The notes: generated by a model from the letters alone, not told the origin. A stretch of DNA of 32,000 nt from Romboutsia ilealis (GCF_900015215.1 NZ_LN555523.1:2336369-2368368), one strand, 5' to 3'; positions 18,815 to 29,341 are shown, counted from the first letter of the stretch. Numbers and translations are program-made.

Positions 18815-20956
18815 CTATATTTTCATAGATAAAGCTACTCTCTTTTTATTCATGTCAACTCCTATAACTTTTACGTCAACTATATCTCCCACTGTAACAA
18901 TAGTCATAGGGTCTTTTACATATCCTTTACTCATTTCAGATTTATGTACTAATCCATCATTTTTTATCCCAATATCAACAAATGCACCAAAGTCAACAAC
19001 ATTTCTTATCGTTCCTTTTAATATCATTCCTTCTTTGATATCTTCTATCTTTAATACATCAGTTCTTAATATAGGCTTTATTCCTTCTTCTCTAGGGTCT
19101 CTTCCTGGCTTTTTTATTTCAGCTATTATGTCTTTTAAAGTAACCTCTCCAACTTGAAGTTTATTGCTTAATTCTTTCATACCTATAGCTTCAACTTTAG
19201 AATCAATATCTGTTATATTTTTATTTTCAACATCAGACAATGAGTATCCAAGTATATCTAACATATTTTTACATATATCATAGCTTTCTGGATGTACTCC
19301 AGTATTATCTAAAGGATTTTTAGCTCCTTCAATTCTCATAAATCCTGCACATTGAGTAAATGCTTGTGGTCCAAGTCTTTTTACTTTCTTAATTTGAGCT
19401 CTTGAAGTAAAGTCTCCATTTTCTTCTCTGTAAGCTACTATATTCTTAGCTATAGTTTTGCTTATACCTGCTATATGCTCTAATAAAGAATATGATGCTG
19501 TATTTAAGTCTACTCCAACACTATTTACCGAATCTTCTACAACTCCATCTAATACACCCTCTAATTTCTTTTGATTTAAGTCATGTTGATATTGACCTAC
19601 ACCTATACTTTTAGGGTCTATTTTTACAAGTTCAGCTAGTGGGTCTTGTAATCTTCTTGCTATAGATATAGCCCCTCTTAAAGATACATTTATATCCGGA
19701 TGTTCTTCATTTGCAAGTTCTGATGCAGAGTAAACTGATGCACCTGCTTCACTAACTATTATGTATTGAACTTCTCTGTCTATCTCTTTTATCATATCTG
19801 ACACAAACTTTTCTGATTCTCTTGAAGCTGTACCATTTCCTATAGCTATTATATCTATATTGTATTTTTCAATTAGTGCTTTTAATTCTTTTTTTGATTC
19901 TTCTACTTTATTTTGTGGCTCTGTTGGATAAACAGTTGTAGTATCTAATAATTTACCATTTTTATCAACTACAGCTATCTTACATCCTGTTCTAAATGCA
20001 GGGTCAAATCCCATAACAACCTTATCTTTTACTGGTGCTTGAAGTAATAAACTTTTTACATTTTTTCCAAATACACTTATCGCTCTTTCTTGTGCATTTT
20101 CAGTAAGGGTATTTCTTATTTCTCTTTCAATTGATGGGAAAATTAATCTCTTGTATGAATCTTCTATTGCACTAACTATTACTTCTTTATTTTTTAAATT
20201 CTTATCATTTACATATTCATTTATTATGTAGTTTATTACTTTTTCATTATTGATTTCTACTTTTACTTTTAAGAAATCCTCTTTTTCTCCTCTGTTTATT
20301 GCTAATACTCTATGTGGTGCTATAGTTCTTACTGACTCACTATAATCATAATACATATCATAAACTGATTTTTCTTCCTTTGAATTTTTAGTTACTATTA
20401 CACCTTCTCTTAACGCAAGCTCTCTTATATATTTTCTTATTTTAGCATCATCAGAAACTATTTCAGCTATTATATCCATAGTTCCTTTTATAGCATCTTC
20501 TGTTGAATTAACTTCTTTTTCTTCATTTATGTATTTTGATGATTCTTCATTTATATTTTTTATATTTTGATTTAATAAATCTAAAGCTAATTGTTCTAAA
20601 CCTCTCTCTTTCGCAATAGTTGCTCTAGTTCTTTTCTTTTGTTTATATGGCGCATATATATCTTCTACTTCTTGAAGTGTATTAGCCTTTTCTACATTTA
20701 CTTTTATTTCAGGCGTAAGCTTTCCCTGTTCTTCTATTATTCTTATTACATCATCTTTTCTACTTTGAAGATTCCTTAAATATATTAATTTATCATAAAA
20801 AGCTCTCAAGGTAACGTCACTCATTTCCCCTGTCATTTCTTTTCTATATCTAGCTATAAACGGTATAGTATTTCCCTCATCTATAAGCTTTATTGTATTA
20901 TTTATTTGTTCATCTCTAAGATTAAATTCCTTTTTTAGAATATCATTTATATTCAT
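18815..20956 (-). CDS. tex: Tex-like transcription accessory protein (YqgF/HhH/S1 domains)
   Basis: Conserved Tex features are present (IPFIARYRKE, a YqgF-like domain, HhH, and a C-terminal S1 domain GTIRNVVDFGAFVDIG). The track ORF begins at GTG 20965. I prefer ATG 20956 (MNINDILKKEF). Confidence 0.9.
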   Translation of the reverse strand: MNINDILKKEFNLRDEQINNTIKLIDEGNTIPFIARYRKEMTGEMSDVTLRAFYDKLIYLRNLQSRKDDVIRIIEEQGKLTPEIKVNVEKANTLQEVEDIYAPYKQKKRTRATIAKERGLEQLALDLLNQNIKNINEESSKYINEEKEVNSTEDAIKGTMDIIAEIVSDDAKIRKYIRELALREGVIVTKNSKEEKSVYDMYYDYSESVRTIAPHRVLAINRGEKEDFLKVKVEINNEKVINYIINEYVNDKNLKNKEVIVSAIEDSYKRLIFPSIEREIRNTLTENAQERAISVFGKNVKSLLLQAPVKDKVVMGFDPAFRTGCKIAVVDKNGKLLDTTTVYPTEPQNKVEESKKELKALIEKYNIDIIAIGNGTASRESEKFVSDMIKEIDREVQYIIVSEAGASVYSASELANEEHPDINVSLRGAISIARRLQDPLAELVKIDPKSIGVGQYQHDLNQKKLEGVLDGVVEDSVNSVGVDLNTASYSLLEHIAGISKTIAKNIVAYREENGDFTSRAQIKKVKRLGPQAFTQCAGFMRIEGAKNPLDNTGVHPESYDICKNMLDILGYSLSDVENKNITDIDSKVEAIGMKELSNKLQVGEVTLKDIIAEIKKPGRDPREEGIKPILRTDVLKIEDIKEGMILKGTIRNVVDFGAFVDIGIKNDGLVHKSEMSKGYVKDPMTIVTVGDIVDVKVIGVDMNKKRVALSMKI

Positions 20957-20989
20957 AAAACCCACTCTTCTTTCGTTTAAATTTATACT

Positions 20990-21027
20990 TTTTAAATAAG
21001 GCTTGAGAATTAAATTCTCAAGCCCCT
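20990..21027 (-). terminator. Hairpin terminator after prfB
   Basis: GGCTTGAGAAT (21000-21010) pairs perfectly with ATTCTCAAGCC (21014-21024), just downstream of the prfB stop. The trailing sequence is T/A-rich. Confidence 0.6.
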
Positions 21028-21030
21028 ATT

Positions 21031-22144
21031 TTAACTATTTTTAGACTTATTCATTTTTAAATACTCATTTATAAATAAATCTAAGTTTCCATCCATAACA
21101 CTATCTACATTTCCAATTTCAGCATTTGTTCTATGATCTTTTACAAGCTTATATGGTTGGAATACATATGATCTTATTTGGCTTCCCCAAGTTATTTGAG
21201 AATACTTTCCTTGTATATCCTCAATTTTCTCTTTTTGTTCAAGCTCTTTTAATTCTATAAGTTTAGCCATAAGCATCTTCATAGCAGTATCTTTATTTTT
21301 ATGTTGAGATCTTTCATTTTGACACTGTACAACTACACCTGTAGGGATATGAGTTATCCTTACAGCTGAGTCTGTAGTATTTACATGCTGACCTCCTGCT
21401 CCAGATGCCCTATAGGTATCTATTTTTAAATCTGCTGGATTTATATCTATGTTTATACTATCATCCAATTCTGGTATAACATCTATAGATGCAAAAGATG
21501 TATGTCTTTTTCCAGAAGGGTCAAAAGGAGATATCCTAACAATACGATGAACTCCTTTTTCACTTTTTAAGTATCCATAAGCATTAAGCCCTTCTATATG
21601 AAGTGTTGCACTTTTTATTCCTGCTTCTGGATCTGAAAGTAAATCTAATGTTTTAACTTTATATCCTTTAGCTTCTGCCCATCTTATATACATTCTAAGT
21701 AACATTTGGGCCCAATCTTGAGCATCAAGTCCACCTGTTCCTGCATTTATAGATAGTATCGCATTATTCTTGTCATAATCTCCACTTAAAAGAGTTTTTA
21801 TTCTAACCATATCAATTTCTTTTTCAAGATTTGATATAGATTTTTCTATTTCTTTTTCTATTGAATCATCGCTTTCTTCTAAGCCTATTTCAATTAATAC
21901 GTCTATCTCTTCTAAAGATTCCTTTAATTGGTTGTACTCTTCTATAGTTTCTTTTAAACCTTTGTTTTCTTGTAGAACTTTTTGAGCTAACTCATTATCA
22001 TTCCAGAACTCTTGATGATTCATTTTCTCTTCATTTTCTTTTATCTTAATTAATAATGAAGCAATGTCAAAGAGAATCCCTCAATTCTTCTATATTTGAA
22101 GTCATATGCTCCATGCTATTTCTATATTCTTGTATATTTAACAT
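21031..22144 (-). CDS. prfB: Peptide chain release factor 2, expressed via a programmed +1 frameshift
   Basis: Frame 0 runs from ATG 22144 (RBS GGAGGA) for 25 codons, [25 protein letters not shown], and ends at the in-frame UGA at 22069..22067. A +1 shift at CUU UGA C (22072..22066) joins track ORF 21031..22023, which extends upstream to 22068. SPF and GGQ motifs are present. Confidence 0.93.
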
Positions 22145-22159
22145 TTTGGTCCTCCAAAA

Positions 22160-24829
22160 TTATCTTCCACAACATTTTTTATACTTTTTACCACTACCAC
22201 ATGGACAATCATCATTTCGTCCGATGCTTTCTTCTTTTTTAACAGTTTTATTATCAGACTCTTCATCTACATTAGATGATAAATGGTCAACATCTATAAC
22301 TTGCTTTCTTTCAACTGGTTCTTCTATAGTTATATTGAATAAGTATTTTATAGTGTCTTCTTTTATATGAGCATTCATTTCATTGAACATATTAAATCCT
22401 TCATCAGTATATGCTATTACAGGGTCTTGTTGACCTATTGCACGAAGACCTATACCTTGACGTAATTGATCCATAGCATCTATATGATCTATCCAATGGT
22501 TATCAACTGATTGAAGAAGTATAACTCTTTCTACTTCTCTCATTCTATCTGATCCTATTCTTTCTTCTTTTCCATTGTATATCTTCATAGTTATTTCATA
22601 AACTTTTTCTATAACTTCTTCTGTTTTAAGATTTTCTATATCAGAAGCTTCTATACTTCCTCTTGGCATAAATAAGTTATACATGTATTCTACGAATCTA
22701 TCAGCATCAAAACTATCTTGAGAATATGACATAACACCTTCTTCTATTAAAGAATGAATCATATTTTCTATTTGCTCTTGTAAGTTTTCACCTTCAAGAA
22801 CACGTCTTCTTTCAGCATATATTATTTCTCTTTGTTTATTCATAACATCATCATATTGAAGTACGTGCTTTCTTATTCCAAAGTTTCTACCTTCTACTTT
22901 CTTTTGAGCACCTTCAATAGACTTAGTTAACATTTTATGTTCTATAGGCATATCTTCCTCAAGACCTATTTTTTCTACTATACCAGATATTCTTTCACTT
23001 CCAAACAATCTCATAAGATCGTCCTCTAAAGATATATAGAATCTTGAACTACCTGGATCTCCTTGACGACCAGCACGTCCTCTTAACTGATTATCAATTC
23101 TTCTAGATTCATGTCTTTCTGTACCTATTATAGCAAGACCTCCAGCTTTCATAACTTCTTCTTGCTCAGCTTTTGTTTCTTCTTTATATTTTTTATATAA
23201 TTCTTCATATTTTTCTCTAGCAGCAAATAATTCTTCATTACCTTCTCTATCCATTCCTTCTAAAGAAGAGTCTACTTTATTTATTACACTTTCATCATAT
23301 CCTAACTTCTTCATTTCTTTTTTAGTTAAGAATGTTGGGTTCCCCCCTAGTACTATATCTGTACCACGACCTGCCATATTAGTTGCTATAGTAACGGCAC
23401 CTAATCTACCAGCTTGAGCTATTATTTCAGCTTCTTTATCATGATACTTAGCATTTAATACTTCATGTTTTACTCCTCTTCTCTTTAATAATTGAGATAT
23501 TAATTCAGAATTTTCTATTGATACAGTCCCTACAAGTATAGGTTGATTATTTTTATGTCTTTCTATTATATCTTCAACAACTGCATTAAATTTACCAACT
23601 ACATTTTTATAAACTGCATCTGATAAATCTTCTCTTTGTACTCTTTTATTTGTAGGAATTTGAACTACATCCATTTTATATATAGCTTTGAACTCTTCTT
23701 CTTCAGTTTTAGCAGTACCAGTCATACCTGCAAGCTTATTGTACATTCTAAAATAATTTTGGAATGTTACAGTCGCTAAAGTTTTAGACTCTCTTTGTAT
23801 TCTTAAACCTTCTTTAGCTTCAATAGCTTGATGTAATCCTTCTGAATATCTTCTACCAAACATAAGTCTTCCTGTAAATTCATCAACTATTACTATTTCT
23901 CCATCTTTAGTTACATAATCAACATCTTTCTTCATTATTGTATGAGCTTTTAATGCTTGATTTATATGATGGTATAACTCCATCTGAGATATATCTGTTA
24001 TATTTTCAACATTAAAATAAACTTCTGCTTTTTGTATACCTGAATCAGTTAAAGAAACTGATTTTTGTTTTTCATCTATTTCATAATTATCTGGCTTTAA
24101 TGTTAATATGAATGTATTAGCATCTGAGTATAAATGAGTAGATTTATCTCCAGGTCCAGATATTATAAGAGGAGTTCTTGCTTCATCAACAAGTATTGAG
24201 TCAACCTCATCTACTATCGCATAGTTTAATTCTCTTTGAACCATTTGTTCTTTATGAATTACCATGTTATCTTTTAAATAATCAAATCCGTATTCATTAT
24301 TTGTACCATAAGTTATGTCACATTGATATTGTTCACGTCTTGTATGCGGATCTTGACCATGAACTATTACTCCAACAGTCATACCTAAGAACTCATATAC
24401 TTTTCTCATTTGTTCTTTATCACGCTTTGCTAGGTAATCATTTACTGTAACGACATGTACACCTTTACCTGTAAGAGCATTTAAGTAAACTGGAGCTGTA
24501 GCAACTAATGTTTTCCCTTCCCCTGTTTTCATTTCAGCTATTCTACCTTGATGAAGAACTATACCACCTATAAGTTGAACTCTATAGTGTCTCATTCCTA
24601 ATACTCTTTTAGATGCCTCCCTTACAACAGCGAAAGCTTCTGGTAAAATATCATCTAATGTTTCTCCATTTGCTAATCTATCTTTAAATACATTTGTCAT
24701 ATCTTTAAGATCTTTATCTGACATAGATTCAAATTTAGGCTCTAATGAATCTATACTATCAACTATTCTGTTGAATTTTTTTAGCTCTTTTTTATCTGCC
24801 ATATTAAATAAATTATCTAAAAAACCCAT
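22160..24829 (-). CDS. secA: Preprotein translocase ATPase SecA
   Basis: The 889-aa protein has DEAD-like motor motifs ([27 protein letters not shown]). The C-terminus is the zinc finger [14 protein letters not shown]. Confidence 0.97.
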   Translation of the reverse strand: MGFLDNLFNMADKKELKKFNRIVDSIDSLEPKFESMSDKDLKDMTNVFKDRLANGETLDDILPEAFAVVREASKRVLGMRHYRVQLIGGIVLHQGRIAEMKTGEGKTLVATAPVYLNALTGKGVHVVTVNDYLAKRDKEQMRKVYEFLGMTVGVIVHGQDPHTRREQYQCDITYGTNNEYGFDYLKDNMVIHKEQMVQRELNYAIVDEVDSILVDEARTPLIISGPGDKSTHLYSDANTFILTLKPDNYEIDEKQKSVSLTDSGIQKAEVYFNVENITDISQMELYHHINQALKAHTIMKKDVDYVTKDGEIVIVDEFTGRLMFGRRYSEGLHQAIEAKEGLRIQRESKTLATVTFQNYFRMYNKLAGMTGTAKTEEEEFKAIYKMDVVQIPTNKRVQREDLSDAVYKNVVGKFNAVVEDIIERHKNNQPILVGTVSIENSELISQLLKRRGVKHEVLNAKYHDKEAEIIAQAGRLGAVTIATNMAGRGTDIVLGGNPTFLTKKEMKKLGYDESVINKVDSSLEGMDREGNEELFAAREKYEELYKKYKEETKAEQEEVMKAGGLAIIGTERHESRRIDNQLRGRAGRQGDPGSSRFYISLEDDLMRLFGSERISGIVEKIGLEEDMPIEHKMLTKSIEGAQKKVEGRNFGIRKHVLQYDDVMNKQREIIYAERRRVLEGENLQEQIENMIHSLIEEGVMSYSQDSFDADRFVEYMYNLFMPRGSIEASDIENLKTEEVIEKVYEITMKIYNGKEERIGSDRMREVERVILLQSVDNHWIDHIDAMDQLRQGIGLRAIGQQDPVIAYTDEGFNMFNEMNAHIKEDTIKYLFNITIEEPVERKQVIDVDHLSSNVDEESDNKTVKKEESIGRNDDCPCGSGKKYKKCCGR

Positions 24830-24907
24830 GTTTAAAATCTCTCCTCGCGCATTTGTATAATATCTATATATTTTACCATAAAAATACTCTATGTAATATT
24901 ATTTGCT

Positions 24908-24944
24908 CAAAAAAAGCTATCGACAATTAAATTTATCAATAGCT
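24908..24944 (-). terminator. Intrinsic terminator of hpf
   Basis: The minus strand has a 9-bp stem AGCTATTGA/TCGATAGCT, including a G.U pair valid only on this strand. TTTTTTT follows. Confidence 0.8.
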
Positions 24945-24965
24945 CTTATAATTATTTATACTTTA

Positions 24966-25514
24966 TTATTCAGATTCTATTAATCCATATCCACCATTTT
25001 TACGTCTATATACTATAGATATACCATCTGAGTTTGAATTCTTAAACATATAAAAATCATGCTCTGATAAATCCATTTGTAAAACAGCTTCTTCCGGGCT
25101 CATTGGTTTTACACCAAATCTCTTAGTTCTTTCTATTACTATATCTAAGTTATCTTCGTTTAAAGAATAATCACTTTCTTCTATATCTTCTATTGCATCA
25201 AATCTTATACTTTCATTTGATTGATGTCTATCTTGTAGTCTCTTTTTATATTTTCTTAACTGCTTATTTAATTTATCATATACCACATCTATAGCTGCAT
25301 ATAAATTTTCTTCTATATCTTCTGCTCTTATTATCGGTCCACTTATAGGTATTATTGTAACTTCTACTTTTTGTCTTGATTTTTTAGCGCTTACTGTAAC
25401 CTTTACATCTGTTGCTGGATGAAGGTAGAAATCCAATCTTCCTAATTTCTCTTCTATGGCATTTTTTATTCCATCTGTTAAATCCATTTGTTTTCCAGAT
25501 ATTATTATATTCAT
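24966..25514 (-). CDS. hpf: Ribosome hibernation-promoting factor, long form (YvyD/RaiA family)
   Basis: The 182-aa protein has an N-terminal sigma-54-modulation/S30AE domain and a C-terminal dimerisation domain (PMSPEEAVLQMDLSEHDFYMFKN). RBS AAGGGAGA precedes the start. It sits directly upstream of secA-prfB, as in Bacillus. Confidence 0.92.
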   Translation of the reverse strand: MNIIISGKQMDLTDGIKNAIEEKLGRLDFYLHPATDVKVTVSAKKSRQKVEVTIIPISGPIIRAEDIEENLYAAIDVVYDKLNKQLRKYKKRLQDRHQSNESIRFDAIEDIEESDYSLNEDNLDIVIERTKRFGVKPMSPEEAVLQMDLSEHDFYMFKNSNSDGISIVYRRKNGGYGLIESE

Positions 25515-25673
25515 AAGAACATCTCCCTTCAGTTATACCAGTATAAATATTTATACTTTATTTTTTATATTCTATATATCTGTTATAAAACCTTTTATTT
25601 TATTGTTAGCTTTTATAATTTAATATATTCAACTAAATAAATATTTATTTAATTTAATAATAACTGTTAACAA

Positions 25674-25779
25674 TGTGGATTATTATTCACTAATATATAT
25701 GTTGATAATGTGGATAAAATTGTTAATAAGTCTTGTTTTTGTGTATTTTTAGCTATTTTTAACATTCTATCTATCCACA
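25674..25779. promoter_or_regulatory. Cluster of three DnaA-box-like 9-mers upstream of hpf
   Basis: TGTGGATTA (25674-25682) has 1 mismatch. TGTGGATAA (25709-25717) is perfect. CTATCCACA (25771-25779) has 1 mismatch and the opposite orientation. The consensus is TTATCCACA. Confidence 0.4.
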
Positions 25780-25960
25780 CATTTCAACTTGAATTGTTAT
25801 TAATTTGTGTATTTATGTCAAAATTTAATATTAAAAATAAAATTATTTACACTAATGTCGTGAAGGATATACTCTTATGCACACATTAAGTGAATTTATT
25901 GTTCAAAATATTTCTATAACTAAAACTCTACTAATATTATTTATAAAATCCAATTTTTGC

Positions 25961-26198
25961 AAAAAAAAAGCACCCATAAAAGGTACTTTTGAATATTTAG
26001 CTGACCTGGTTTTTGACCCCACACTCGCCTACTGGAGGGTTCGCTTGGGTTTGCCGCACTACTAGCTCTCTCGATTTTGTATCGGTAGGTCTTACTTCTA
26101 AGCCGCACCATGATCATCAACCCAATTTTTAGTGTTGACTTACGTGGATCCCTTTGCCTGCGACTGGCTTGGACTTTCAACCACAGACCTAAATATTA
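25961..26198 (-). ncRNA. Structured ncRNA between comFC and hpf, consistent with the raiA-motif RNA class
   Basis: It is a GC-rich island of about 235 nt with many complementary segments (for example AGGUCU/AGACCU, GUUGA/UCAAC, AAGCC/GGCUU) and a repeated GUGCGGC. It has its own promoter and its own terminator (AAAAGUACC-UUUUAUG-GGGUGCUUUU followed by a U run, 25961-25990). The comFC-to-hpf position is the characteristic context of raiA-motif RNAs. Confidence 0.6.
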
Positions 26199-26205
26199 CT
26201 AATCT

Positions 26206-26234
26206 ATTTTAATATTTTAAATAAAATATGTCAA
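26206..26234 (-). promoter_or_regulatory. Sigma-A promoter driving the raiA-like ncRNA
   Basis: The minus strand reads TTGACA (26234..26229), a 17-nt spacer, then TAAAAT (26211..26206). It lies immediately after the comFC stop codon. Confidence 0.6.
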
Positions 26235-26241
26235 TAGTAAA

Positions 26242-27006
26242 TTACATAGTAGTATAAGATGTATCTGCTCTAGTTAAAAAAGTAGCCACAACAATTTTAT
26301 TTACACCATTTATTTTTAAAACCTTTGATATTTCATTAACCGTTGAACCTGTTGTAAATATATCATCTACAAGCAATACATTTTTATTTTTTAAATTCAT
26401 TATATTATTTTTTATTATAAATGCATTTTTTAGTTCATTAACTCTATCTTCTTTACCTAGTTTATATAATCTTCTTGTATTATATCTTCTCCCTATGCAG
26501 TCTATAACAGGTATATTTATTATCTTACTTAGATTATCAGCTATCTTTTCAGCTTGATTAAATCCTCTTTTTCTTAATCTTTTTTTATGTAATGGAACAA
26601 ATAATATATAATCAAATTTAACATTTTCTAACTCTAATTTCTCTTTCATTATAATTGATATATATTTACTTAAATAAGTTTTATTGTTATACTTCAATCC
26701 AAAAATTATTTTTTTACTAATTTCTGTATACTCCACACAAGATATTACTTTATCAAAATAAAATCCTTTGTTTAAACAATAACTACAACCATCTATACTT
26801 TGTTCCTCTAAAGAATAATTGATTATAGGCTTTCCACATTTAATACATCCATCTAATATGAAATTTATATTATTAAAGCAACTTTTACACATAGAGTATA
26901 CAGTATTTTTACTTATTGGACTATTGCATAATATACAGCTTATATTTTCTGGATATAAGAAGTCTAAAAATACATTAATCAAATCATTAAAAATATTTGG
27001 TATCAT
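26242..27006 (-). CDS. comFC: ComF-family protein (ComFC-like phosphoribosyltransferase with N-terminal zinc-finger Cys pairs)
   Basis: N-terminal CxxC pairs are present (CILCNS, CKSC, CIKCGK, CSYC). The C-terminal PRTase motif is VLLVDDIFTTGST. Confidence 0.85.
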   Translation of the reverse strand: MIPNIFNDLINVFLDFLYPENISCILCNSPISKNTVYSMCKSCFNNINFILDGCIKCGKPIINYSLEEQSIDGCSYCLNKGFYFDKVISCVEYTEISKKIIFGLKYNNKTYLSKYISIIMKEKLELENVKFDYILFVPLHKKRLRKRGFNQAEKIADNLSKIINIPVIDCIGRRYNTRRLYKLGKEDRVNELKNAFIIKNNIMNLKNKNVLLVDDIFTTGSTVNEISKVLKINGVNKIVVATFLTRADTSYTTM

Positions 27007-27008
27007 AT

Positions 27009-29231
27009 TTATTTTATCAATAATCCTTCTTCTCTAAATTTATTTAATTTATATGATAAGTTAGAATATCTATCATTAATTCTATTGTTTTTTATCATAT
27101 ATTCTAAGTACTTTACATCTCCAACTAATACAACTAGTTTTTTAGCTCTTGTTACAGCTGTATATAGTAAATTTCTACTAAGTAACATTGGGGGAGCCCA
27201 TGTTATAGGTATAACTACTACAGGAAACTCACTTCCTTGACTTTTATGTATAGTAGTACAAAAACTATGATCTAGCTCATCTAATTCATCATATCCATAA
27301 TCTACAATTTTTATTTGATCAAATAAAACATAAATTTTTTTATTATCTTTATCAATATGATAAATATATCCTATATCTCCATTGTATATACCTTCACCAC
27401 TATCACTTTTATCTTCATTTTCCCATTTTTTCGTATAGTTATTTTTTATCTGCATAACTTTATCGCCTACTCTAAATATACGCTTTTGAAAATTTTCCTC
27501 TACTTTAAATTTCTGAGGTGGATTTAAATATTTTTGTAATTCATTATTTAAGTTTGTCACACCTAAATCACCTTTTCTCATAGATGAAAGTATTTGTATA
27601 TCTTTTAATTTATCTAGTTTATAAAATTTTGGAAGCCTCTCATTTACTAGTCCTATAATTTCTTGCATAACTTCTTCGTTAGTACCTTTTCTTAAAAAGA
27701 AAAAGTCTTTACCTTTGCTATTTAAAAACAATGGTTCTCCTTTGTTTATTTTATGAGCATTTACTACTATCATGCTCTCTCTAGCTTGTCTAAATATCTC
27801 ATTTAATCTAACTACATTTATTACATTTGACTCAATCATATCTTTTAAAACATTTCCTGCACCTACTGATGGTAGCTGGTCGCTATCTCCAACTAATATA
27901 ACTCTGGTTCCTGGTTTTATAGCTCTAAGTAAACTATACATAAGTAAGATATCTACCATAGATACTTCATCTATAATTATTACATCTGCAGCTATAGGAT
28001 CTTCCTCATTTTTCATAAACTGTAATTCTTCACTGTCTGTTGCATATCCCATTTCCAGTAATCTATGTATAGTTTTTGCTTCCTTTCCTGATGTCTCACT
28101 CATCCTTTTAGCAGCTCTTCCTGTTGGAGCTGCTAGTATGACTTCTTTTTTATTATTTTCAAATATTTTGATTATTGTATTTATAGTAGTAGTCTTACCA
28201 GTCCCAGGTCCACCTGTAATTATAACTACTCCATTTTCTATAGCTTCTTTTACTGCTAATGATTGATTTTGTGCTAACTTTATATTATTTTCTTCCTCTA
28301 CATACTTAATTTCTTCTTCTATATCTATATTTAAGTTTTCAAATTCAAACTGTGCTAATTTTATTATTTGTTTACAAACTCCATTTTCAGATAAATAATA
28401 TGGTATTAGATAAACTAGTTGCTCTCCATTAACTTTTTCTATATGAACTTTTTGATCATATGCTAATGATATTATACATTCTTCTATTATTGTAAATTCT
28501 ACTTCTAGTAATTTTGATGCTTCTTGCAAAAGAATATTCTTTGGAAGATAGGTGTGTCCATTTCCTAATGATTGATTTAGCGTGTATAAGATTCCTTGTG
28601 ATACTCTATCTTTAGAGTCTTTTTCGATACCTATCTTATTAGCAATATTATCTGCTATTTTGAATCCAATTCCTCTTATATCCTCTGCTAACTTATATGG
28701 ATTTTCATTTATTATTTTAATTGCTTTATTTTTATATTTTTTATATATTCTCATACAGTAGTTTGGAGAAATTCCATATGGTGATAGCTCGATTATAATA
28801 TTTCTAAGTTCTCTATTTTCCTCGTAACTCTTTACTATTTGGTTTATTTTCTTACTTCCAATGCCATCTACTTCCTTTAGCCTTTCAGGAGCATTTTGTA
28901 TTATGTTTAAAGTGTCTACTCCAAACTTATCTACTATCCTTTTAGCCATTTTCTCTCCTATACCATGTATCATTCCTGATGATAGGTATACATATATTCC
29001 CTCTAGAGAAGATGGAGTTACAGGCATAAATTTATTTACTTCAAATTGTGTTCCATACGTTTTATGATTTACCCACTTACCTTCTACTTCAATACTCTCT
29101 CCTACTGATAAAGTGGGCATACATCCTACTATAACAATCTCATTGTCCGAGTTAGCTAAGTGAGCTATAGTATATCCATTATCTTCATTTTTAAATACTA
29201 TGTCACTTATCATTCCTTCTATTCTTTCCAT
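27009..29231 (-). CDS. recD2: RecD2-type SF1 ATP-dependent DNA helicase
   Basis: It has HhH repeats, Walker A (GGPGTGKTT), DEVSMVD and the SF1 C-terminal motifs (TIHKSQGSEF, YTAVTRAK). The track ORF starts at GTG 29270. I prefer ATG 29231 after RBS AGGAGA. Confidence 0.9.
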   Translation of the reverse strand: MERIEGMISDIVFKNEDNGYTIAHLANSDNEIVIVGCMPTLSVGESIEVEGKWVNHKTYGTQFEVNKFMPVTPSSLEGIYVYLSSGMIHGIGEKMAKRIVDKFGVDTLNIIQNAPERLKEVDGIGSKKINQIVKSYEENRELRNIIIELSPYGISPNYCMRIYKKYKNKAIKIINENPYKLAEDIRGIGFKIADNIANKIGIEKDSKDRVSQGILYTLNQSLGNGHTYLPKNILLQEASKLLEVEFTIIEECIISLAYDQKVHIEKVNGEQLVYLIPYYLSENGVCKQIIKLAQFEFENLNIDIEEEIKYVEEENNIKLAQNQSLAVKEAIENGVVIITGGPGTGKTTTINTIIKIFENNKKEVILAAPTGRAAKRMSETSGKEAKTIHRLLEMGYATDSEELQFMKNEEDPIAADVIIIDEVSMVDILLMYSLLRAIKPGTRVILVGDSDQLPSVGAGNVLKDMIESNVINVVRLNEIFRQARESMIVVNAHKINKGEPLFLNSKGKDFFFLRKGTNEEVMQEIIGLVNERLPKFYKLDKLKDIQILSSMRKGDLGVTNLNNELQKYLNPPQKFKVEENFQKRIFRVGDKVMQIKNNYTKKWENEDKSDSGEGIYNGDIGYIYHIDKDNKKIYVLFDQIKIVDYGYDELDELDHSFCTTIHKSQGSEFPVVVIPITWAPPMLLSRNLLYTAVTRAKKLVVLVGDVKYLEYMIKNNRINDRYSNLSYKLNKFREEGLLIK

Positions 29232-29304
29232 ATTTATTCTCCTACAATAATTACTATTTCTATGCTTCACTTAAGTCGTAATTATTATACCTTTTATAAT
29301 AAAT

Positions 29305-29341
29305 AAAATCACCCCTTAAAGTAAATTTACTCTAAGGGGTT
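29305..29341 (-). terminator. Intrinsic terminator of metK
   Basis: The stem is CCCCTTA/TAAGGGG (29312-29318 with 29333-29339). A T-rich tail follows on the minus strand. Confidence 0.7.

Noticed and set aside
22056-22370. A 104-aa plus-strand ORF spanning the secA-prfB junction.
   Set aside because: It is antisense to the secA C-terminus and the prfB frame-0 segment. It has no RBS and is a shadow ORF.
25877-26180. Track ORFs 25877..26065 (+) and 25941..26180 (-).
   Set aside because: Both overlap the structured ncRNA and its terminator. Neither has an RBS. They are open only because of local GC richness.
25961-26198. SRP RNA, RNase P RNA, 6S RNA or tmRNA as the identity of the 26-kb structured RNA.
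   Set aside because: It lacks the SRP domain-IV motif (GGAAGCAGCC-type). It is far too short for RNase P despite a GAAAGUCC-like string. It has no tmRNA tag ORF or tRNA-like end. The comFC-hpf context fits the raiA motif better, though this is still unverified without a covariance model.
27772-28266. A 164-aa plus-strand ORF inside recD2, together with the other antisense track ORFs. These are 1376..1573, 2336..2539, 3052..3357, 4263..4487, 6230..6430, 7802..8050, 8794..9021, 9998..10333, 11391..11576, 12848..13138, 13460..13702, 14214..14510, 14739..14963, 16577..16780, 18852..19157, 24178..24450, 26819..27037 and 28861..29067.
   Set aside because: All are fully nested antisense or out of frame within well-supported conserved genes. 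They have low-complexity Ser/Phe/Ile/Leu-rich translations and lack RBSs. These are typical shadow ORFs.
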